A DNA stretch of 64,000 nt from Camelus ferus (lineage: Eukaryota), in the NCBI RefSeq assembly GCF_009834535.1, contig NC_045723.1:3472001-3536000 (forward strand). Reading direction: 5' to 3'. Shown here piece by piece: positions 1 to 11,815 of this stretch (position 1 is its first letter; each line of letters starts with the position of its first letter). A program made the position numbers and the translations under genes. The notes beneath the pieces were generated by a model. That model made no database searches and was not told where the DNA came from. It was given only the letters and a program-made list of their open reading frames with translations.

Positions 1-800
1 ATGGGCCATTATTCACCAAGATCATAAAGAAGAAAGGGTAAAAGTTGCTGAACAATGTACTCAAGCAGATAAAGGAGTTGCCTCACTAAGACCAGAGAGC
101 CCATCCACAGCCAAAGGAAGGAAGGCGGAGAACAGAGGCACAGATGCAGATAGGGGAGCAGGTGCAATGGTGGACTTGTTGATATTCTTTTGATTGCTTT
201 TATTTTCTTAGTAAAACACGAAGCAAATAAAAACCAAAAACTCCGTGGGTAAGGTGAGGGCTGAGGAGGTACTTGAGTTTTCAGGACAGAAAGGAAGACA
301 TGTCATCTAGGAGAGTGGATGAACCAGGGAGAACAGCATGACTGCTGGGCAGCTTTACGGTCCCTATAAGACCACTGGGTGTGCAGGGGCTGGGGCAGAG
401 TAGGGGTTAACCAGAGTTGTGATTTTGTCAAGCAAGAGTAAGGAAGCAAGAGGAGGGCAAGGGGTTGTGGGTGTATGAAAAGGAGTGATTACACTGACTA
501 ACCACTGAATGTAAGCTAGGTAAGGAGGGGAACAAGGACACAAGAGAGGCGAAAGACAGTGAAAAGTAGAATATAGGTCTGCTGGGTCGAAAGATTGTTG
601 GAGTCGGGGAACAAGAGGGAGTGAGTTAGAAAGACAGGAGTGATTGAGAAGTGGGATGAACTAAATGATATTGTGACGCAGCTATTGACAATGGCAAGGT
701 CCAGGGTGTGACTATGACAGTGAGTGGCTACAGCGACTATGGTAGGCCAAGAAACAAGGTGACTGAGAGAGAGATGAAGGAACTGAGAGACCTGGGGGGA
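1..800 (-). mobile_element. Degraded ancient LINE (L2-like) fragments in NCAPH intron 1
   Basis: Purine-rich decayed sequence resembling antisense L2 body (e.g. ttgattgcttttattttcttagtaaaa). Recognised by eye; boundaries approximate. Confidence 0.4.
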
Positions 801-804
801 AAGC

Positions 805-945
805 TTCCAGATTTAAGAATCAGAAGGCTTGGCTTCACACTCCAGCTCCATCACTTACTAGCTGGATAAAATTTAAGCAAGTAAATGCTCTAAGGGTTTG
901 CTTCTTCATCCTCCAAATGAGAATAAGAATGTATACATCAGCTGG
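805..945 (+). mobile_element. MIR SINE fragment
   Basis: ccagctccatcacttactagctgg...cttcttcatcctccaaatgagaataag resembles the MIR core. Confidence 0.5.
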
Positions 946-1509
946 CTCAGAATTGGTGATACAAAAATATACACAGAATATAACACATTTTATAGGAACA
1001 CATTAAAAATAGTGATACACAATAAACACTAAATGATTGCCAATGTGAGGGGAAGGGGAAAGGAATGAATAAGGATAAATGAGAATTAAAAATACAAGAA
1101 CAACTTCACATGTGCCCCTGATAGCTTCCCCCAAGCCGAAGAGTATGATAACATAAGTTTCAGCTGAAGTCAAAACAAATGAAAGAAAAAGAAAGTAAAA
1201 ATAGGAAGGAGAGAAGAGACATTTTTAGAGACTGAATCAAGAGTACCTGTGACTACTTGGATGTGAGCACTGCAACATAGGGAAGGGAGCTGTACCTTGG
1301 GAGAAGAGACCTTAACAGAAATAGAAAGCACTGAAGGAGGAACTTGTCTAAGAGGGAAACTCAAAATGGGAATTAGAGGCTCTGAATCATCTTATTTCTC
1401 AGAATCATCTTTCCCTGACTTCTGTCCTTCCCTTTTTACAATATACATTATTACATTATACATTACATCATACATTTGTTCATTCAACAGATAGTTACTG
1501 AACTCAAAA

Positions 1510-2365
1510 ACACTTTCTGCATCCACTTCCTCACCTCCTACTCATTTTTCAACCCCTCTGGCCTGGCTTCCATGCCCACCACTTTGTGAAAATTGTCTTG
1601 TCATCATCACCCACACGTTCCATGTTGCCAAACCCAGTGGTCACTCTTCAGGCCTCATCTCTCCTGAGTCAGCCGTATTTGCAACAGTTGACAATGCCCT
1701 GCTTCTGGAAACATTTTTGGCTTTTGTAAAACCACTCTCTCTTGAGTTTCTCCAGTTCTTCCTTCTCTAACCAGCCTCTAAATGTTGGTCCCAAGTGTTT
1801 TCTCTACAGGGTCTTCCTAGTGTTCTCACCTGTTCCTATGGTTTCACCATCTATATGATGTCCAAATTTACTTTTCAGTCCACAGGCCACTTCCCTGAGC
1901 AGCCCATATCACTCCCCTGAGTGTCACGCGCTTATCCAAGATTACTGACCCCTTCACCTGCCTCGGGTAAGCCACTTGCCATGTCCAAAATGTAACTAAA
2001 TTTCCAAACCCCTTACCAAGATCTACAAAGGCCCTGCTTACCTGTCCCTCACTCACTGTTCAGTTACCATGTCCTGGTCCTCTCCCACGTCAGGCTCTTT
2101 CCCGCTTGCCCCATCACCCTTTTTTTTGACTGCTCCTTCGGCCTGGAACACGTTCCCCTCAATCTGCTTAAAACCTTCCCTCCACTCTGCTCTTCTCAAT
2201 CTGAGTACTCACTTGTAATTATTTCTTTTACTGTCTATCTCCCGAACTAAAATACATGCTCTAAGAGGGTGGGATCTTATCTGTTTTGTTCTTTACTGTA
2301 TCTCTACATCTGACAGAGGGTCTGGCCCAAAGGGAGCACTTCACACTTGTTGAACGAATGTGAAA
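1510..2365 (+). mobile_element. L2 LINE 3' fragment
   Basis: Typical L2 3' region (ccagtggtcactcttcaggcctcatc...gcaacagttgacaatgccctgcttctggaaac), ending in the L2 tail ttgttgaacgaatg at about 2348-2361. Confidence 0.7.
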
Positions 2366-2745
2366 ATAAACACACGCGTGTTAAGCACACAGCGGTAACC
2401 ACAACGCTTCCATGGCCCTCAACTAACGTACATTCCAGGAAAACCTCCTTACAGGGAGCAAGGTGCGGGAGCGCTGGGGAACAGACGTCCCACCCCCGGC
2501 TCACTGACGGAAGAGCGGCGCGGGCCGAAGCCGCGCCCTGATAGGGCGAACGCACCCCCGCCGGCCCACCCCGCGCCGGCCCTCCTCTCCCCCCGCCCGC
2601 CGGCCTCCCGCTAGGAGGGCGGAGAACAAGGCCAACAAGGTTGAGACCCGCACTCCCCGCTCAGGCCCGCCCGCCGGCCCTGCCGCCCGGAGCCCCTCTT
2701 TGCACCGGGCCCTTTCCGCGGCGCCTCCGGCCCACCCAGCCTCAC

Positions 2746-2764
2746 CCGGGCAGGGAGGTCCCAT
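2746..2764 (-). CDS. NCAPH: NCAPH (condensin I kleisin CAP-H) first coding exon, 19 nt (MGPPCP+G); the rest of the gene lies left of the window
   Basis: Minus strand GAAG ATG GGA CCT CCC TGC CCG G|GTGAG: ATG at 2764 and donor GT at 2745-2744. Matches the MGPPGP N-terminus of mammalian NCAPH and its position next to ITPRIPL1. Confidence 0.82.
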
Positions 2765-2788
2765 CTTCTCAGCGTCTCCAGAGCTGGT

Positions 2789-2803
2789 TTTAAATCGCGC
2801 GCC
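2789..2803 (-). promoter_or_regulatory. CDE/CHR cell-cycle element
   Basis: Minus strand GGCGC-GCGA-TTTAAA: CDE-like box, 4-nt spacer and CHR variant TTTAAA, ending 25 nt upstream of the NCAPH ATG. Confidence 0.6.
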
Positions 2804-3964
2804 GAAACGCCTGCGCGCCGTAACGGCCGTGATGACGTTGGCCGTGGGCAGGGGCCAGAGGCGCGCCTGCGCAGACCGCCTCGGTCCTCCAAAAAAAAAA
2901 ACCCGAAAAGGGTGGCCCCGGGCGTCCCAGAAGTGAGACGTCCAGGATTGAGGAATTAGGTCATAGATTAAGCTCACATGGACTCGGTGTACGCTAGGAT
3001 CCCAGGTATTTCACTCGTTCTCGATGTGCTGAGTTCATTTGAGAGAGGAGAGTGGAAACAGGTTGTGATCCTCTGGATTCCAAGGGTGCAACATCTAAGA
3101 ACCGTGGGGTTTGGGAGGGTGGCAGGTGGCACTGAATCAAGAGCCTCTAAAGAACTGGCATGGAACCCTTGGCAGAGGACGGCTCCGAGGTGACCCATTA
3201 GCTGAGGCATGGAGCTGTACGGTGGTTATGATGGAGCCTCGTGAGCTGACTGCTTGGGATTCCACGTGCACGGATGCAGTGCCAGCTCCACCCCCTGTAT
3301 CTCCGTGGGCCAGGCCTGCTTGCTGCAGGCAGGTCTTTCGCCTCCCGTTCTGAATGCTGCCTTTGTTTTGGGGTATTAGGATTATAGCGGATGCCAAGTG
3401 ATAAATTAATCAGTAGTATCAGTGGCGGGCAAAACTCAACTCTTATGTCTGTAGAAAAGTAAAGTAGTGGGGCCCCTCCCGCACCCCTCGTCTGCCAGAA
3501 AAGTGCTGGAGCTATTTCCTTTCCCTGTTTTTTACTCCTCACCCAGATTGTGCTTCCCCCAAATGAACACCAAACAGCCTTATTTTAGGTGAGGAATAAC
3601 AATATTATCAGTTGGCAAGCAATCTTTTTATTCAAATTTGCCCCAACTTTCCATCCTGTAGATGCTTATATCATAATGTAGTTCATGATATAAACCATCA
3701 AGTCGCTGGGGCTTAATGGGCATGTAGTTGAAATGGCTTTGCATTTGTTTTGGCCCCTGAGCAAATGCCTTTAATTTTTGTATGTGATATGAAATTCCTG
3801 ACCTCCTAAAGACTATAGACTAAGAACCAACAATTTCTATCTTACAGAATTTCCAAACAATAACGTACCATCCTTTATCTTAGAAATTAATATCGTGCTT
3901 TTTGCTCTTCAAAGCACTGTAACCCCTACATCTTGTCTTATTCCCAAGACTGTGCTGGAAGATG

Positions 3965-4190
3965 GCTAATCGGGTACTTTGTTCCAGGCTGTGCCACTTA
4001 CTAGCTACCCGAATGGGGGACTATCTCAGTTTCCTCATAGGTAAAATGGAGCGGTTAAAGCACCTACTTCATGGGGTCATATTGTGAGGATTAAATGAGT
4101 TACCAGATGTTCAGCAGAACACTGCCTGGACCATTGGCAATGCGTAGTGAACACTAAGTATTCCCATTACTATAACTGCTGTTATATCCT
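3965..4190 (+). mobile_element. MIR SINE
   Basis: ctgtgccacttactagct...ctcagtttcctcataggtaaaatggag...ttgtgaggattaaatgagt: MIR core and tail. Confidence 0.7.
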
Positions 4191-5557
4191 GGGTGCCAGC
4201 CAGGTATTGTTTTAGAATAAAACTTAGCTTCCTAAATATCTGGAAGTTTCCCCTTCCATTGTAAGAGTATTCCCAGAGCACAACAGCTCTGTTCTTCACA
4301 TTACTACTTGTTTTCTCTATATTCTTTCTTACACTCTGCCCCACCCAAGCTTTGCTGACTACTCCCTTTGTATTCTGCCTGCTTATAACTTTACATTTTC
4401 TTTCTTGTCTCTTACTAGACCAGAAACCACAGAGTCCTAGATCATCCCACCTTCCTTCTCCCTGACAGACTCATGCCTTTTGGAGTTTATGTATGTTGTT
4501 TGTAGCCACTAAGACCTTTTAATTTGGCTAATATTTTGGTTTGGGCACCATGAAAATGAATAACTTAGATGTTCTTTAACATTCTGAGTTATTCTTTCCT
4601 GGCTACCGGCCATGACACTGGGAAACCACAGGGCAGACTGGTTCAAGATACATTGAGAAATACCAGGATGTACTGGATGAAACTATCAGGGTAGCATGAA
4701 CATCTTGGGAGCAGGCGTGAGAATGCTCATCTGTTTTATGTGTTATGGCACAGATTCCAACTGACACCAAGAATAGTCTCCTTTATTGATTTGGAAGGAA
4801 ATCACCAGCAAATTATTTTCCAGGTAAAAAGCTTACGGATGTTTTTAAACCAAAATCCCACCAGCACAGAACCAACCATCATTGCATCTTAACTTGAAAG
4901 CAGTACCTGGTAGATACCAGCAGCCAACACGGGAACACAGCAGCTATTGTGCAGCAGTGGGAGCCCCAGATGTTGACTGGTATCAGTTTCTAGGAAACTT
5001 GTAATATAGTTTTGCTGGGGGAGGAGAGGAGAGTGTGGATTCTATAACCAAAGACTATAAGGCCAGCATCTAACCCCACCTGAGGTCAAGTTGAATGTGG
5101 GCCAAGGTTCTCCTCTCCAGCAGATCTTCCTGCCAGTGCTGGGTAGGAACAGCACTGGTATTTCCAAAAGAACCACACCTACAACTAGAGTCACATTTCT
5201 TAACACTCCTCCTCAGGATGCCCAGGGATTTAAAAGAAGGGGAAATATACCAATCATATCTCCAGCATCATGACTTTGTTAGAGCTGCACTGCTTCACAG
5301 CCCCTTCCTGTCCAGCCCTGGCAATGGGCCTGGATGGCAATGACCCCGCTTTGCAAAACCACAAACATAGTTCACGTAATCCCTTTGTCATCTTTGAAAA
5401 GAGAAAACAAAGGCATTACCAGACTGAAAGCACAGCTACACGTGGTAGCTAAACCTTCTCCCATTCAACAAATAAGTGGCTCCCCTCAGAAACATTGTTC
5501 ATCTCAGAGACCCCCCCAAAATTGTCCCCCCTTAGGGCTTTATAATGTTGCTTCCAG

Positions 5558-5670
5558 AATATATGTATATATATGCATGACTGGGACATTGTGCTATGCA
5601 CCAGAAACTGACACATTGTAACTGACTACTTCAATTAAAAAAAAACAATAAAAATAAAAATAAAATAAAA
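5558..5670 (+). mobile_element. Heavily 5'-truncated young L1 3' end with A-rich tail
   Basis: tgtgctatgcaccagaaactgacacattgtaactgactacttcaat followed by an A-rich tail; imperfect TSD tataatgttgcttccag (5541-5557) / tataatgtttccag (5671-5684). Confidence 0.7.
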
Positions 5671-6455
5671 TATAATGTTTCCAGGAATTGAGGAGGTTAT
5701 TAGATGTTGGCGATGTCATTAATTTTAGTAGATACATTATCTTAATTATGGAACAGGCCACTGTTGACTTAATACTTGTTTGTGGATAAATGCTAATAAA
5801 TTATTTGGGTAGCATTAGAGTTTTTTCCAGACGCATAAAACAACTATATTACATTTCACATATCTTATGAGAACAGGGCTAAATTAAGAAAATGGGAAAG
5901 AAACATCTTGGTTATATCTTCAAATAGTGAAGGTCTGAAAAGTTAGATCCTAAAATACACTGCCATCACAGCATTTGGGATAAAATAGAGTGCTACCAGC
6001 TTGGTTTTGAATTAGGCTAAGAGTTCAATAAGGAAACCAGTGTTCAAGGGATGTGCTGGGAGTCGTTCACGAAAAGGAACAAGCTGGAATGGAGGTATTC
6101 TCTGGTTCTCTTTCACATCCAGTGTTGCTACAAAACGCAACTTCACAGGCCCCCTCTGGATCTCAACTCTTTAGCAGCAAGATCCTCCCATTACATCTGT
6201 TTCCAAGGGCCCTCTTTGGGTCATGGTACAAGTTAAGTCAGGGGGAGAAAACCTCAGAAAACCCACCCTAGATTAGTCACTGCAGGCTGGACCCCTCCTC
6301 AGGAGCACTTCAGGTACTCCTTAAAATGTCTTAATCTATCATAACCCCCACTGGCAAGATAAAGGTCACATATACCATTGATGTGTCTTAAAAATAAACT
6401 CTTCTGTAGCCCAAGGAATCAGAAATACCTTCTCCCCCTTTTAATGGCCTGTACA

Positions 6456-8102
6456 TTAATGTGCCCCAGCCAACGAAGCACAGGGCAGAGTTTTCACCTG
6501 GGTCAGAAGGTTGTGGAACTCTTCCACTGCCTGTGAATGTGCCATGGGGTTTAGCACCAGGTGTTGGAAGAGATTGACAGGCTCAGCATTCCGAAATGTC
6601 TTAGGGATCGGGATGGTCAGGGGCAGGAAGGCGTTACCGATGAGGAAATGATGGAGAGACCTCTGCTGGAGGCCTCGGCCCAAGAACCAGAGGATGTCCT
6701 GGAGCCGCTGGGAGAGCATGCTGTGCTGCCAGTCTGTTAGGGGCAGCCGGAGCAACAGGTGCATGAGGGCTGTTTTGAAGTGGTAAGAGGTGAGGATGGG
6801 GCGGCATGCTCCCTGGGGTAAACTCTGAGTGTCCCGGAGACTTAAAATGATCTGGAGGCACTTGAGATGACAGGTGTTCTCTGGAGCAAAACGCCCCACC
6901 AGCTTTAGGAACAAGTGCTCACAGGCTGCAAAGGACTCAGGCCAGTCCACGCTGGTGAGCTGTTCCTGGTCAGGGGCCTGACTCACCAGGTAGACCAAGG
7001 TGTCTTCCCGTTGCACCCCCAGGACCAAGCGGATGGAGAGAAAGCGGCCTGAGCGGTAGTCCAGCCTGAGCTTGCAGCAAGTGGTGGACGGTGGCAGGCT
7101 GAGCTTAAAGTCATACTTGTGGGCCACGAGGGCCCAGGCGTTGCCCACCATGTTCCGGAACCACTGGATGGTCTTGCAAACGTCCAGGTGGGAGCCGGTG
7201 CAGAGAGCCGCCTTGATGGAGCTGTTGCACTTGCCCAGGAGGGCCTGGTGGTCCCTGTGGTGGTGCACCAGGCACAGCACATCCCCCAGAAGTTTCTCAC
7301 GCTTGCACACGCATTCCGACTCCACCACCACGCAGCCACAGCGGCGGCCCAGGGCTGGATCCCGCATCTCCAGCACAAACATTGTGCCCTGGGGGGGAAC
7401 AATGGGCACCAGGATGTCAAATTTCTGGGTCTCGTGGAGGGTTCCCCATTTCTCGAAGGCAGCCCCGATGCCCAGGCAGTCCTCCAACTGTGGGTGAGCC
7501 TCCCGGCGGCTCAGCACCCGACAGGCTTCGATGAGGTCGTCCACGAAGCTCTCCACGAACTCGCAGGTGCAGGGCAGGTCCCGCGTGACATTCTGGACAT
7601 GGTGCTTGTAAAAGGACTCCAGGGCCTCCTGCGAGGGGAAGTCAGTAAGCCAGTTGTAGGAGGTGACAGGCACGACACGGACTTCCTCCTCCTCCTCCTC
7701 GTCGCTGCTGGAATCGAAGGCCGGCTCATGCTGCATGTTCTGTCGCAGGAGCTCGAAGATGAGGAAAAAGCAAAAGAGGCCGGCATTCCACAGGTTTCCC
7801 AGCATCCAGCCCAGCGGCCCCTCCTGGCCATCAGCCTGGAATGGCCACCCCATGTCTTTCCTCCCCAGCACTAACTGGTCATCCGACGTGTCTCCTCTCC
7901 AGAAGTTCTCTGCCTTCTGCTTCTCCTCAGCTGCGCGCTTCCGCTCTTCAAACTCTATCTCTAACTGGCGCATCTCCTCGCTCATCCGCTTCTCCAGCTG
8001 CCGGCTTCTGGCTAGCGTGTCCAGGTCCATCCGGTCACTGACCATCAAGGGGTGGTGAACCACGTACATCACTGCCAAGAACAGAAGGCTTATCACAGCC
8101 AT
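6456..8102 (-). CDS. ITPRIPL1: ITPRIP-like 1 (548 aa): signal peptide, coiled coil, TM helix, acidic tract, Mab-21/cGAS-like domain; CDS in a single exon
   Basis: Intact ORF MAVISLLFLAVMYVVHHPLMVSDRMDL...LTQVKTLPCASLAGAH*, closely resembling mammalian ITPRIPL1. ATG at 8102; acceptor (cccacttctccag|) at 8118-8117; sits between NCAPH and SNRNP200. Confidence 0.96.
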   Translation of the reverse strand: MAVISLLFLAVMYVVHHPLMVSDRMDLDTLARSRQLEKRMSEEMRQLEIEFEERKRAAEEKQKAENFWRGDTSDDQLVLGRKDMGWPFQADGQEGPLGWMLGNLWNAGLFCFFLIFELLRQNMQHEPAFDSSSDEEEEEEVRVVPVTSYNWLTDFPSQEALESFYKHHVQNVTRDLPCTCEFVESFVDDLIEACRVLSRREAHPQLEDCLGIGAAFEKWGTLHETQKFDILVPIVPPQGTMFVLEMRDPALGRRCGCVVVESECVCKREKLLGDVLCLVHHHRDHQALLGKCNSSIKAALCTGSHLDVCKTIQWFRNMVGNAWALVAHKYDFKLSLPPSTTCCKLRLDYRSGRFLSIRLVLGVQREDTLVYLVSQAPDQEQLTSVDWPESFAACEHLFLKLVGRFAPENTCHLKCLQIILSLRDTQSLPQGACRPILTSYHFKTALMHLLLRLPLTDWQHSMLSQRLQDILWFLGRGLQQRSLHHFLIGNAFLPLTIPIPKTFRNAEPVNLFQHLVLNPMAHSQAVEEFHNLLTQVKTLPCASLAGAH

Positions 8103-9209
8103 GGAGACCTCTGCATCTGGAGAAGTGGGAGGGTGGGAGTCAGTGGTGATCTTCGGGACTTGTCTGCTCTCCAGTGCATATTCCCCGGAGCCCTGGAACC
8201 CCAAATCCTGGAAATCAGCCACTTAGGAGGAACAGAAAGCTCACAGAGCTGGGGTTGGACAGAGCAAGGGTGGTCTGCCTGGGAGGAGGTTTGGGAAAAA
8301 GCAGGGCACCAGGATGTGCCACCTGGTCTTGCTACTGCTTTCCTTCCACATGGTGTGGGTGGTATTTAGGCTTCCAGAGGGTAGACATGGGACTGTTTCC
8401 ATTCCTGTGCAGGATGGGGAGGGGGACCCTAGCCTCACCCGACTCATCAGTCCACTGTGGGCAACAGGTGTGCCCTGTTGATCCCAGAGTCTCCCTTCCA
8501 AGGGCAGAAAGCACTGCTCTGCCTGGGCACACCTTTCCTCTAGCCAGGCGGTCGGCCCCAGGCCAAGCTGTAGCATCCCACCTCCTCTGTGACTTCACAA
8601 TCCTCATTCTGCTCACCCTGTGTCATCAGACCACTCCTCCTCCCTCCTGCCAGTGGGCCAACCTCTAGTGGGCGCCAGGGAGGCACAGTGTGGCCAGCGC
8701 CTCTCCACTGCAGCTGCTGTGCCCCCTGAGGCCCTAAGGGGGCTGATGCCCCATCGGTGGGCCAAGCCAACAGGCAGGCATGGCTCCACCTCTCAGCCTG
8801 GGAAACTTCGTGAAGAAGCAGATGCCCAAGGCCTCCTGAAAGCCCACAGGAGTCAGTTCCTCTGCCTCCCCACTCACCACCAAGGCCTGAAGCTTCTTCC
8901 TGCATTCACCCCACCTGTGCGCAAGCTACTGGGCTTACCGAGATCATGAAGGGCTGTGCCGTGTGGACGCTGAAGCCAGGTGGGGGACTCTCCTCCCTTT
9001 GGAGCTCGTCCTTGTTTGGTCTCACCACCCTCTCCAGAAGCCCTGCTAAAATTTACAAACTACTTGGGGGCTTTGGCTCAAAGCGGTGTGACCCTCCCCC
9101 CAACTCATAACTTCCCCAAATACCACGCCCAGAGATCTGAGCTCTCATCCGCCAATTTAGAACAAGCCAACTCAGGGTTTCTCCTGGGACCTGGGGCCAG
9201 GTTACTCAC

Positions 9210-9720
9210 GGTCGGTGTTACCAGGCACACGGTCTTAAGGAGCCGGCTTGGCCTGACCGCCCCCGCCTTCTTCCCGGCGCGGTGGTGGCTCCGGGTTCCT
9301 CGCCAGGTCCGCCTTCGGGAGTGGACCCGCTCCCCTCTCCCGGGGAACACACCATGTCTGTCCGAGTCTCCGATCGTCCGTGCGCAGCCGGACCCTGAGA
9401 CCCCACGGTGCCGCGCGCGGCTCTGAGGGCGCCAGCCGGACCCAGCGCTCCCGCCGTCCAGGCTCCGCCCAACCCCGCCCAGCCCCGCCCCGCCCACCCC
9501 CATCCCGGCTGCGGAGCGAACGCTTGGCGGGAGCCTCGCCCTGAGGCCGGGCGACCCTCCTCGCCAGCGCTCGCCGTGTGTCCGCCGCGTCGCCAACCCA
9601 GGGTTTGTGTGCCCCGCGGAGGGGCTGCGGCCAAAGGCTCGCTGCTGAGGGCCATTCATGCCGCAGCTGCTCAGCCTCCCTCTGGCGGCACAAGGGGGCA
9701 CTGCAGGGCCGGCTGTCAGC
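9210..9720 (-). promoter_or_regulatory. ITPRIPL1: CpG island with probable non-coding first exon of ITPRIPL1 (donor at 9209)
   Basis: CpG-rich stretch with GC boxes (ccccgccc repeats 9474-9495); minus-strand donor ACC|GTGAGTAAC with the exon ending at 9210. TSS not determinable. Confidence 0.6.
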
Positions 9721-11815
9721 TTAATTCGGTTCAGTGGAAAACATACTTAATGGGGATTTAGAATATACTTAACAGTGAGGATGATGGTGGCATAACCAAG
9801 AATTGTAGGGGAAAACATCAGTCCCACTTCGGGCTGGCGCTGCGCAAAGTGGTACAGCAGGTGAGGTGTGTTGTCAGCATCCTTAATGTGCCTCACCCCA
9901 CAGCAGAAGCCCAGACTCAGGTGTCTTTCCCCAACCCTTTCTCCTAAGTGGCTCTTATGAAAGGACCAGACAGCACCCAAAGACCTGGTTTGAGGCCTTA
10001 CTCGCCATTCACTACCCACATGGGAATAAGAATCCTAAACCTACTAGGTAGCTCAAATGATGAGATGGGTGTGTAAATAAGAAACTTACAGACTGTGGAG
10101 ACTGGACAAGCTTATGATACGCTAAGAAATGCCAATGGAATTGTTTTCCTGAAAAGGATTTTCAGTCTCAGAAAGAGCCCAAGCCTTCCTGCCCTGTGTC
10201 AGCTATTCAAGGAGAAAAGGAAGTAATGATCTCTTAATACTTACCAAGTCAAGTCCTTTTGCTGAAAGACAAGTTCCACGTCTCCTTATCCAGTGGCAAT
10301 GCAGAGGGGGCGCCAAACAACTGGAACAGTACTTCCAGAAATATTGACTTATTTAATTGTGGAAGGCAAAAGACTGTCTTCTGGCTGACCATGACTGAAG
10401 TTCCACAGTTTCTTTTTATAAACTTGCATGATGAAGAATAGACCACAGGCTACTAAGCGTTAGTGCAATCGAGCAGTGATAATGATTATTTTTAAATTTA
10501 TGACCTGACAATGTTGGGATTAAAAAAAGCGTTTCAGAATGGGCAAAATAATGGTGTTTAAAGCCATGTGTTTAAAGGTGTGTATTCATGATCAATGAAG
10601 GGTTTGTTTTAAAAGTGATTGTCAGGTTAGAAGACTTTTACTAATTTATGATCTGCAAGAAGTGAAGTTGGTTGCTATACCAAATTAGAGACTCTATGCT
10701 AGAGAACTACTAATCCATTTAAAGATCACACTTAAATTGACAAAAAGCCCTGTAGTGGTGGACAGTTTCTTGGCCTGTTTTCTGGTGGCTCATCTTCAAC
10801 ATGTTGTGAAGTGACAGCTGGCTTAGTCAGTGGGATTAATAGGAAACCAAGTCATTCCGACAACTTGTTATTTACACTAATTGATGATTGTACACAAATG
10901 ACGTGTGAGTAAACTCTAGCTATCGTCACTCATTTTAACAAATATGGTAGATTTTCCCTAAAATAAATATAAATTTTCATCATTAAAAAATTAGTACATA
11001 GAAAGGAAGTAACTACATAATCTACTCGATTCTACCTCTTGTCCCACAAAACCGAAAATTTGTTGAAGATTTTTGCCTTTGTGTGAGAACAGTTGCTCCA
11101 AGACTTGGGAACATTGGGAGAAACATTAAGAATAAATTAAAAAACAAGGCAAATGATTTTGAGTGGTTTTCCTAGGCTTGACAAGTCTACGGATGTTACT
11201 GATACTGCTCAGTTGTTGCTGTTATTCAAGAAGCCAACACAGAGTTTGTAGTTCCTGAACAATTAGACTTTTTGAATAGTCTGCATGGAAAAAGTACAGG
11301 GAAGAATATTTCAAAGAAGTTGAGAAAACACTAATTCAATACAACCTGAAGTGGAATCTGCTAATGTATCACATCTGATGATGATAAAAATACATGTGGA
11401 GCAGAAGTCTTAGCTGGACAAATTTACAAAGCTTATGAAAATATAAGATGTTCAAAGCCTATGGTTATTCATCATATTATTCATTGGCAGATACTTACTG
11501 TAAAATATTTGAATTCATTATGTATTAATGAACCAGTAGTGTCAGTGGTGAACTTTGTTCATTCTTATGGGCTTAAAGACCATCACTTCTGCAAATTTTC
11601 ATCAGAAATAGAAGCTGAATATCCTGACTTGCCCTACCATACAGCAGTTTGCAATCTTTTTGAGCTTGGGGCTGAGATTAAAACTTTTCTCTATGAAGAC
11701 TGTCCTCACCTACTGTGCTCAAACACTGAATGACTTTGGACATTAGTTTTTGTTGCAGACTTGATACTATTTCTTAATGACGTCAACCTAAAATTATAAG
11801 ACAAAATGGCATTTA

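Larger units (their letters stand above)
2400..2950 (-). promoter_or_regulatory. NCAPH: CpG island / promoter and 5' end of NCAPH
   Basis: Dense CpG/GC content around the NCAPH ATG; NRF1-like GCGCCTGCGC motifs near 2809 and 2863; TGACGT half-CRE near 2833. Confidence 0.8.

Noticed and set aside
6983-8058. Long overlapping ORFs (251 aa at 7119-7874 +, and others) over ITPRIPL1
   Set aside because: Shadow ORFs expected opposite or within a GC-rich coding exon; no recognisable domain.
8103-8222. 40-aa N-terminal extension of the 588-aa ITPRIPL1 ORF in the ORF track
   Set aside because: It starts at GTG, not ATG, and runs through a polypyrimidine tract and AG acceptor at 8118-8117, so most of it is intronic.
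9105-9761. ORFs of 117-198 aa in the CpG islands (also 2501-2977, 23291-23962, 55095-56590)
   Set aside because: Arg/Gly/Pro/Ala-rich, typical of stop-poor GC-rich DNA; no homology recognised.
10090-10245. Two strong minus-strand GTAAGT donors (10244, 10089) and a pyrimidine-rich acceptor near 10204, suggesting an unannotated exon pair upstream of ITPRIPL1
   Set aside because: The implied intron is only 42 nt, too short for a mammalian intron, and all frames close quickly. A non-coding exon cannot be excluded without RNA data.
11461-11733. Transposase ORF as a domesticated ZBED/GTF2IRD2-like gene
   Set aside because: Only 90 aa open, lacks the conserved RW motif, is surrounded by stops and is interrupted by three insertions.
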